64,000 nt of DNA from Eledone cirrhosa (lineage: Eukaryota). Below, piece after piece: positions 38,301-49,135 of the stretch. The DNA lies in assembly GCA_964016885.1 (NCBI GenBank), contig OZ024741.1, positions 86,118,001 through 86,182,000 of the forward strand, in the 5' to 3' direction. Under the pieces are notes generated by a model that was given only the letters and a program-made list of their open reading frames with translations, was not told where the DNA came from and made no database searches. Positions within the stretch are counted from its first letter, which is position 1; the number at the start of each line of letters is the position of its first letter. The position numbers and the translations under genes were made by a program.

Positions 38301-41300
38301 CTTCTGAAGATGAACTGCGTCAAGAAATAGAAAAGTATGGTGCCGTGGAGAGCATAAATGTAAGTAGACAACATTAGATGTGATAACGTGATGGATCATT
38401 ATTTCTTAGCATATACATTACTCTATACATACTATAGTATTTTTGTGGTAAACACTTATCTCACATAATATTGAATCTACGAGATTTTGATATTATTTAT
38501 TTTGAGAACAATACTTTAACATCAGTATGAGAAGCCAGTTTGAATAGAAAGAGGTGAGAGAATTCTGGCCGGATATGGCCTGTTTAACCCTCTAGTGTTC
38601 AAACTGGCCAACAACACCCACACTAAAATATTGTTCTAAAAATAAACAATATCGTCATCAAAATCTCGTCAATTCGAGATTACTGCGAAATTCAACCTTT
38701 ACCTCGAAAATTAACACTTAATATAGTGAAACAACTGGAATCAACACGTGTTTTTTTAGCGTTGAAAGTACAACAGATTTTTCTGTGTATCATCAACATG
38801 GATTGTGAAAATAGCGATACCGACTTTGAATATAAAAATAAACAAGAAACAAAAGATGATAATAGTAATTTATCTTCATATGAATTAGACGTGTATATTT
38901 CTGAAGATTTATTCGACGATGATTGCTTTGAAAGTGAAAGCGAAGGAATTCTCCAGGATGCCATTGAAAATATTACAGCCATGTATGTGGTCGAAAAATT
39001 CCACACCAGTATATGTTCCCGATTTTATTCAAAATACTGGTCCACAAGACACATTACCTTCCGATACTAAAGCACTGGATTATTTCTTTTTGTTTTTGCT
39101 ACAAACTTTCTTCGAAGAAACTTATCGATATACGCAACAACAGATTTCAAATTGAGGAAAACCCAATCTGTTATGGCAGCCGAATGATGCTGCGGAAATG
39201 CAAGCTTAATTTTACCATAAATATTATGTTTGTATAAAACAATTTCCAACACTGTGGAATTACTGGAGCACTGATATAAGGTTTAGTGACCCTTATATAT
39301 CAAGTATTATGCCAAAAACAAAGGTGACAACACTTTGGACCTGCTCTTCACCACTACTCCTGAAGTAGTTATCAGTTGTACTACTGAGGAACCTCTAGGC
39401 GACTCTGATCATGCTATGATCATTGCCAATCTGGCTCTTGCGGGCAGCAACAAAAACCAGAACTATCTCCAATCCGCTTGCTTTGATTGGAAGAAAGCAA
39501 ATTGGAACTGGTACTGCACTGAGCTACAGTGCCAAAACTGGCATGAGTTCTATAACTCTGGAGATGTGAACACTATACTCCAGAGCATCCTGGACTCAAT
39601 ATGGGTAGTGTGTGCAGCATCAGTGCCACGTAAGCAGGAAAAAAAAACCACCCCAAAAGTACAATTTGGGAAACTTCAGCAGTCCGACTTGCCAGGAAAG
39701 AACGTCGGAATGGTGAACGGGTATTAAACTGCATAAATCAGATGCCAACAGAAGAAAAGCGGAATAAATCTTCTAACCATCTCAAGCAAGTGACAAAGAA
39801 GGCAGTGCTTGAATTTGAACAGTGCATAGCAACCAATCCTGACAGTAAGGTGTTCTGGAAATATGTTCATTCAAAGCAGAGACCTCATTCTCCAGTTGAT
39901 CCTCTTCGCAATCCCCACACAAGCCAGATCACTGACGATCCCAAAGAATGCGTAGAACTCATTGCTGAGTGCTATGCAAGCATTTTTACTGTCGAAAAGC
40001 AGAATGTACCATCTCCACCATATCTAACATCAAATTCCATAACAACTATGGAATTTACACCTGCAATGCTGCGACGTCACCTTAAGAATCAGCGCAACTA
40101 TGCCTCCCCTGGTCTTGATGGTGTTACATACCTGCTTCTCAAACGTGGCGGGTACTTCCTTTTGCACCAGCTTTCTTTCTTCTTTCAATACTGTCTCAAC
40201 AATGGTACTACACCGGAGCAGTGGAAAACTGCCAGTGTCATTCCCCTGTTCAAAAAGGGCGACCGCACATCACCTGTGAACTATCGTCCAATCAGTCTTA
40301 CTAGCTGTATTGCCAAACTGATGGAATCCTGTGTCAGAGAAACACTTTGGACCTTCTGGAGCTCTCACAGCCTCATCCGGCCCTCGTAATTTGGATTTAT
40401 CCCTAACTCCAGCTGCTGTGATCAGCTTATCGAGTTCCTTGAAGACATTACCCGGATCACTGACAGCGGCTCATGGGTGGATGTTGTTTACCTTGACTTC
40501 GCTAAGGCTTTTAATTCTGTGCCACACAAAAGACTTATAGCGAAACTCTCTGGATTGGGTGTGAAGGATGATCTTTTTAACTGGTTGAAATCCTTCATTC
40601 TCAGCCGAAAATAGGTAGTCACGGTGCTAGGACAGCATTCTTCATCATATGAGATGTCATCTGGTGTACCCCAGGGATCTGTTCTTGGTCCCCTTTTCTT
40701 TGTTGCATACAGAAGCATGGCCTAGAATCAAAAGGCCTTAAAATTAACCTGTCTAAGACTAAAGTTCTAGTTTGTAGGAAGGAAAATAGGGCGCTGGTCC
40801 CATCCGGGAAATGGCCATGCTCAGTGTGTAGAAAAGGAGTAGGTAGTAACTCCATTTTATGTCCCAAATGCAAAGTATGGGTGCATAAAAGATGTAGTGG
40901 GATCACAGGTAAGCTAACTAAGAACATAGATTTTATATGTGGCCGGTGCTCTGGTGCAATAAGTAGCAGCAAGTGCCCACAGAATACTAGCTCATTCCAT
41001 TGCACAGATGGTTCTATAGAAATAGTGGACAGCTTCCGTTACCTGGGTGACAAAATCAGCAGTGGAGGAGAGTGCTCTGAAAGTACAGTAGCTAGAGTCA
41101 GAACTGGATGGAAAAAGTTCAGAGAGCTTATACCACTATTAGCCGCTAAAGGGTTCTCCCTAAAAATGAAAGGCAGGCTGTATGACGCTTGCATACGAAC
41201 AGCAATGTTGCATGGCAGTGAGACCTGGGCATTGTATGCAGAGGATATACGCAGACTGGAGAGGAACGAAGCTTGCATGCTCTGCTGGATGTGTAATAGT

Positions 41301-44300
41301 AATATACGTGAACGGCAAAGCATAAGCGAGCTAAGGGAAAAATTAGAAATAAGAGGGATCAGATGTTGTTTACTCGAGAGAAGGCTATGGTCACGTGATG
41401 CGCATGAAAGACGACAGCTGTATAAAAAAGTGCAGGGCAATAAAGATAGACGGTAGCCACGGAGTAGGCAGACCCAGAAAAACCTGGTCCGGCTTGATAA
41501 ATTCCGACCTCACACACTTACACCTCTCCAAGACAATGTCACTGGACCGAGAGCTTTGGCGCTACACAGTAATAGAGAAGACCCGCCTTACCTAAGTACA
41601 AAGTGAAACCTACTTCAGTCAGTAAATACACCCCCCGTCCCACTACCCCCACCCCATCTACACCACCCCTTTCAATGTAAAGTTATGTTGGTACCACAAC
41701 ATCCAGCCCGAAACAAATGAGGTCGTGTAGGTGTCACGACAAAAAACACACAGTCCACGCTGTAATGTGGCCGTGTAGGTAACACGGTAAAAACCTCCCA
41801 GTCCACACTGTAAACGTGGTTGGTGTTAGGCAGGGCATCCAGCCGTAGAAAACCAGCCAGACAGTCCTATGCGAGCAAGACAACCACTCTTGCCTCAAGT
41901 GGGAAAACACCCGTCCAAACCCATGCAAGCGTGGAATATGGACGTTAAACAATGATGATGATGATTAATGACATAGATGCCAACTTAAAGAATGCCACAG
42001 TACTGAAATATGCAGATGACATCAAGCTGTATCCTGAAATCTATAACTCTTTCCTACAATCAGACCTGGACACAATGCAGCAATGGATCACAGACTGACA
42101 ACTGAACCTGGCTGTTGACAAGTGTACCACCATGCATTTTGGGAGGAAAAATCCAGTGTCCACATACTCCCTCCACAACACTGATATCAAGAAGTCCTCT
42201 TGTGAACGTGACCTGGGCATTACTGTCAGCAGCGATTTGCGTTGGACAAAGCACATCTCTAAAATTGTCAAGAAGGCCGAGGGTGTCTTGGCATCACTCA
42301 GCAAGACCTTTGTTAGCCGCTCTCCAGCCATCTATTTAAAGCTGTATACAGCTATGGTACGACCACACTTGGAATTTGCATCATCAGTCTGGAACCCCTA
42401 TCTTGTTCAGAACATTGACCTCCTGGAAACTATTCAGAGACGTGCAACCAAGCACATACCCTCCATCAGACACCTACCATACTCTGAACGCCTTGCTTCC
42501 TTGGACATGGATTCATTGAAGCTCTGGCAATGGACTTGGTAAACACCCACAATGTTATTAACCATCTCGCCAACAACAACCCTAAGCACCTTTTTGATCT
42601 CCATGTGTCTAACACACGTGGACATGCCTGCAAAGTCAGAAAACAGCACAGCTCCCATGACTTTCGGAAACATTTTTTCACGCTTAGAGTTGCTGAAGCA
42701 TGGAGCAGGCTGCCAAGACACTGCATCCTTTAAAACCCTCATGCTTCTCGAAATTCGCCAAAACTACACTTGATGTCCCCTTTCCATACACATGCACACA
42801 TGTGTATATCATGACTCATGCTCTGTTCATTTTCCTGACGTTTGTACATTACCCTATGTACTATACATACACTTTTGATGAGTTATAGTGCACCTGAGCA
42901 CTACACAATATTTTCATTATTATTATTATTTTCAGGCGGTGGATTGGCAGTGTCGGTAGAAGGTCGGGCGCCATGCTTTGGCGCATAGTTACGGCCCTTG
43001 CCATTCTGTGTTGAAATCCCGCCGAGGTTAACTTTGCCTTTCATCCTTATGAGGTCGATAAAATAAAGTACCAGTAATGCACTGGGTAATTGCTGGCCTT
43101 GTGCCAAAAGTAGAAACAATTATTATTATTATTATTATTATTTTAAACCAGTATTTGCACCTGGTTGATACTTCAAATGCCCCTGTTAATTAATCTCAAG
43201 TCTGCACATAGAAAATTACAAACAAATAAAATTGATAACCCTCTTGAGTATGATTAACTGAAAATAATGTGAATAGACAAACATGACATTTGACAAATTA
43301 ATGTGAATGCTGAAGGGTTAAATAACTTAGTGATTATTAGTATCCATTAATACATTGTGTGGTGCTGTAGAGAGGATAAATGTAAGTAGACTTTGTTGAG
43401 AGGGTTCTTCTGTTAAACGAACATGACAACGTCTCTAGTGCTGGTGCCATGGTAAAATGCACCCAATGCACTTTGTAAAGTTGTAGTGGTAGTGCCATGA
43501 TGAAATGTGCCCAGTACACTCTGAAAAATGTGCTGGTGTCAAAAAAACATGTCCCCAGTACTTTGTAATAGGATTGGCGTGAGGAAGGGTATTCAGCTAT
43601 AAGATTCTTCAATCACATCAAGTACATGACATTTCTTTCTTATTTACCTGGTGCTTAGAGCATACTTTAATGAAAGATTCTTACATAAAATTATGAAGAT
43701 TTAAATAAATATAAACACTTTAACCTTTTTGTTTACTATATTTGTAATGGGGCACTGCCTATAATTTTGAAAATAATCAAGAATTTAAAGGAATATAGTC
43801 ATACAAGTAACTTTTTCATTATTTATCTCGACATAACTTGAAAAAGGTTCTTTATACAATTATGTTGGAAGGTTTTTAGATAAATATAAATAGTTTTGTG
43901 TTTTAGAGCTTGGGACTGTTCCAGGTGGTTTGGTATCAAAAAGGTTAATGTTGTTTATCTCTTGATGAAATGAGAATGTTCATAGGTTTAATACTGTTCT
44001 TTCCAGATGATTCCACCCAGAGGATGTGCTTTTGTATGTATGGCGAGGAGAAAAGATGCTCCAAAAGCTGTGGAAAAGTTGAAGGGAGTTAAAATTCACT
44101 CTAACCAATTGAAAGTAAGTATTTGATATTTTCCTGCCACAATGGAATGCACACTACCCCTCACCCTTGGAAAAGAGAGGACATTCTGTACCTATCAAGT
44201 ATCTGACAACTATGCTAGAGTTGGTTCCACAATGAAATGCATCCACTACATACTGTAAAGTAGTTGGTGATTGAGACTATAAACTCTTCAGTTTAGCCAA

Positions 44301-47300
44301 ACATGACAACCTCTCTAAGTGTGTAGGTGCCATTTGCACCCAGAACACTGTAAAGTGGTTGGCATTAGAAAGTGCAGCCCTAGAAACTATATCAAATATA
44401 GATTTTTAAGCATGATGTTCCTTGATCTGTCTATTCTCGGACTGTAACTACTTACCTGACCTATGCCAGCATGGAAAGCAAACAATATTACGAAATTCAT
44501 TGTTTCTGTTTGCCTGCGTGTATCCTATTTAGAGTATGTACACTGTATCCCTGTGTGTCATAAAAGGTAACTAAAATGGTTGGCACCAGAAGGCATCTGG
44601 TCATAAAATATTATAGGACCCTCAAAAAGTGCCCCATGAGGAGTAAGGTTATGCTTGTCATATGACTTCAACAGAGAAAATAGCTTTAAAATGCTTGTTT
44701 TCTTCATTGTTTCTGCCATCATATAGTGGCTAGTACTGTCTGTCTCATCCTTTGTGAAGGTAATTTGTCTTAGTGGTTGGGCTTATAATCATGGTTGTGG
44801 GTTTGATTCTTGATCCAGGTTACATGTATTCTTGAGCAAGATACTTAATTTCATGCAGCTTTTCATATGATATGACTGGGGTTTGGTTTAGAAACCTATG
44901 AAATACAACCTCGTAGGAGACTAGCTAAACTTGCATATGTGTAGCTATGCCTTTTTCCCCCAATGATAAAGCCTTGCCTTGGGGACTGCAGGGGTAAACC
45001 CTGCTTTAGCAGGAACCCTTTTGTGACTATTTCTAATGAAATACTGTGTCAATTAATTAATGAAGAATCTTGAAGATTTTACTGAAATTATTTCCTTACT
45101 AAGATAGTAACTTTACATGGGATTCTTATATAAAAATAGATCCCTTTTAAAATAGGTGGTTTTGTTTCATAGAATCAACGTTTATTTTTGCCATGTTAGT
45201 ATCAAATGGGTTAAAACACTTGTTATTGCTGTCTTCATTATTTCTGTTTCAGTGCTAACAGCTAATTTATATAGTGGCTAACACTGTCTCTTTTCCTTTG
45301 TGAAGGTATGTGGACTTCATAAGGTTGTGGCTTTCATTCATGGTAAATTAAATATTTTCTGTGTTGGTTTTCCTTTAGGTTGCTTGGGCTCCTGGAATAG
45401 GTGTAAAGGATGCAGAGTATAAAGATTTGTGGGATACTGATTTGGGTGTCACTTACATTCCTTGGGAGAAACTGCCACAAGACTTAACTCATTTGATGGA
45501 AGGTGGCATGATAGACGAAGACACTATTCCAGAACACCTCAAAGGTAAGTGGTGTTTCTTTGACAGAATTGGGTAGAGCTTCGTGGTATTTTTCTTCAGG
45601 CTCTTCACATTCTCAGTTCAAATGCTGAGCTGTTGTAGATCAAATCGTGTTGAGATAGTGTATTTTTGTTACAAATATTGGGGTTTATCAAAAAATGGTT
45701 TAAATCCCACTGAGGTGAATTTGGTGTTTCATCCTTCCGAGGTCAATTAAATAATGTACCAGTGAAGTACTGAGGTTGATATAATTAATTTCCTCTTCCC
45801 CTTTCTTCCAAATTATTGACTATATGCCTAAATTAGAAAATAGAGTTACCTCCCTTTATGATCTGAGTTCAAATCTCGCCGAGGTTAACTTTGCCTTTCA
45901 TCCTTACGGGGTCGATAAAATAAAGTACCAGTAATGCACTGGGATAATTGCTGGTCTGGTGCCAAAAGTAGAAACAATTATTATATTCTGTATGGTATGT
46001 GTGTTTAACTGAACTGATTACTTTTCTTTTATTACCTTCCTGCTTTAACCTAGTTTATCAGCAACTTCAAACTTTGCACTTAGTCAAATTCCCAGCATAG
46101 TGGGAATTGGCAAAACTATGTTAAACTATGTCAGTTGCAACACTTGGCAGGAATCTCGCTGCTTTTATATAGTGGAGGCATGTCGCCTAGTGGTAAGAGT
46201 TTTGGACAAGCAATGCTTTCAGAGTAATCTCCCTCCATTCGTAATTAGCTTTCCTGGATAAGAGAAATTATCAATTTTTTGGAGCCTTCCTTGGATTGGA
46301 AAAACTTTAATTATTTCACTGGTACACTTACTGCTAACAACTCCCATGTATCGGGCTATCTCATATTACATATATACTTATGCATTCTTTGCAGCTGGCT
46401 TACAACTTGAGAAAACTGAACCAACAGGGACAAACAATATAGAGGAACCTCAACAACAGAATTTTAAGATGAATGAAGTGAATATAACAAACCCTCCCAT
46501 AGCAGTACCACCTCCAACAGCAATACCTCCACAACAGCCTCCACTACAAGGACAACCCATGCCAAGTAAGTAGTTTTCTCGATTTCCTTTGTTGTTTAAC
46601 ATCAAATCAAGTCTGATTGAGCAAGCAGATGATCACAAGATGCTCCTGTCTAACTTTCTTTAGGCAAAGTATTTCCAGAACTACTTTATCCAAAGGGTTC
46701 TATGTATTTTTTAGCATGTTGGAGTGAATTACTGGTACTTATTTTATCTTAGTGCAGCCTCTTTAAAGTTGTCTTTTGATTGAAGGAAGGCAAGCTAATT
46801 CAAGTGCCAAGGATTGATTCTTGCTAGTAACTGTTTCATTTTATCTATAACAATAATATCTTTAGAAAAAACAAAAACATAAATTTATTTCTTCACTAAA
46901 CATCTTAAGAGGCTCTTCATATCAACTTATGATGATGATGATTTAAGGCCACGCTTATTATCTTCGTTTAATTTCTGCATTCTCTGCTATATTTTGAAAT
47001 CATTCAGCACAGCTGCCAGGGCTGGGTGGTCTACTAGACTTGTGGGTTAGTCTTCATAACATTCCAAGTTGTGTGGAGTAAGAAGTGGTATACAGAAGCC
47101 TATGTTGACCTCAACAAAATTTTAACTCAAAGACTATTCATTGATGTCAAGGAGGTAACAATCACTGAGGCATCACAGTAAAATCACCCAGTATACTCTG
47201 TATAGTGGTTGGAATTAGGGCAGCCATACATGCTTCACTTGTATCAAAGATGTGACATCTAGCTGGAGAAACTGTGCCAAAACTGGAGTGTATGTCAGTG

Positions 47301-48849
47301 GGACATCCTACACTCAGCCTGTGTTGAAGGAGACTAGCTCTGATTAAGTATTGACTTGGTTTGTAATGACCCATCTAACTCATGCCAGCATGGAAAAATG
47401 GGCATAAAATGATGATCAGCCATCAAATGAAAAACTATGATACCAGTTTAACACATAGCCTATTTCTTTATGTATGGGAAATTTTTCACTGCATGTCATA
47501 AAAGGCAACTGAAAGGGCGTCTGCCTGCAAAACATTCTTATAATTGACCCCTTGGTGAGTATGAAACTAGTCATGGGGCTTATAAAGCTAGCCGTTGCTT
47601 TAATAAGGAAATTCACCAACAAACACGTGTATGTTCTAATACTGCTGTATTTAACCCCATTGATATTAACCTTGCCAAAACCACCCATTTTAATGTGTTC
47701 CTATTTAAGTTAAAATCTTCCAGCATAATTTAATATAAAAGGTTTTTATGTTTGAAATGATTAATAATTTTAGTTAATCTTCAAAATTCTTCATTAACGC
47801 TTAACATCCTGTACTGATTTATCAGGAAATATTTTAAAACAAGTTTCTTTTAAATGTTTACAGAATCTTTACTACTGCAATTTTGTACTTTGCAAGAATA
47901 TCTGGCTAATGTGTTTTCATATTCAAATGTTTAGAGTATCTTTACTAGTGGACAGATTTGATGTAAAGATTTGCATTGTGAGAATAAAAACTTTAGTTTT
48001 TAATGTTTTATAATTTTCAAAATGTCTTGTAAGTGCCAATTCATACAGTTTTTCTAATGAAATATATCATTAGAAATCATCATTTTTACATCCGTTTTTC
48101 AATGCTTATAGCAATGAAAGGATTACTCTATTATATGATTTTTTTCAGGAATGTTAATGCAAATTCCACCTCCAACTGGAATGATGCCACCAATGATGAT
48201 GCCACTTGCTCCAGGAATGCCCCGCCCACCAACGACAGGTGTACCTCCACCTCCTCTAGGAATGGCACCTGCTTCAACAACCTCAGCCGTTTTGGCTCCT
48301 CGACCTGTACCTCCAGTACCAACTGCTGCTGGAGTCTCTATATCATTGCCAACGGTAACTCACTCTCTCTCTCTAGATATATATAGTTGTTAATTACTTA
48401 ATTGCATTGCAACATCTCATTAATAAACAAGTGTAAGCAGGTAAGACCACTCCATGCCAGTCATATATATCCACCATTACAATGGCTATCAAATGTGATG
48501 GGGTTTCTATGTATGAATTAATGTTAAGACAGATGTGGCATAATATGTATTTCAGTGACATCCGTGTGCGGCCATTATGCAATTATTACAACATCAGTCA
48601 GTGTTTGTGTGACATCATCAGGTGTTAACACATTTATGTGAAGGAGTTGATAAACTGCAGGCAAACACTTCCATGGACTTCCTCAAGCTTGGAAGCATTT
48701 TCCTGCAGCATGTCAACTCCTTCACATAATTGTGTTCATATCAGATGATGTCACACCAGTGTTGGTTGCCATTACAATGATTGCATAGCTGCACACTGCT
48801 GTCCCCGAAATACGTATTATTCCATGGATACAATGATGTAACACCTGTC

Positions 48850-48917
<68 letters not shown>

Positions 48918-49104
48918 TCACTTTTATATATATATATATTCACTTGCTGAAAATTCAGAAATTGATTATTGTGTTGACCTACATTTAAAGAGAACATTAT
49001 TAAATAATGGTGTACTTGTGTTGTCAATGATGATGGCAAAAGCATTGAATGTATTTAATTTTTGGAGTTCAGGATTGGTATTTCGTATATACCAGTATTA
49101 CATT

Positions 49105-49135
<31 letters not shown>

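Larger units (their letters stand above)
38588..43318 (+). mobile_element. Decayed piggyBac (PGBD4-like) transposon enclosing nested retroelements
   Basis: TTAA|CCCTCTAGTGTTCA at the left and TGAATGCTGAAGGG|TTAA at the right. Acidic N-terminus, then PDFIQNTGP...LDYFFLF...ETYRY...WQP...EMQA...NYWSTD...SSIMPK over 38797-39318 across frameshifts. Confidence 0.75.

Noticed and set aside
38726-39237. Possible domesticated PGBD gene
   Set aside because: Multiple frameshifts and stops, catalytic core missing, interrupted by a LINE
39335-42773. Intact autonomous LINE
   Set aside because: 5'-truncated, with in-frame stops and an RTE insertion inside the RT
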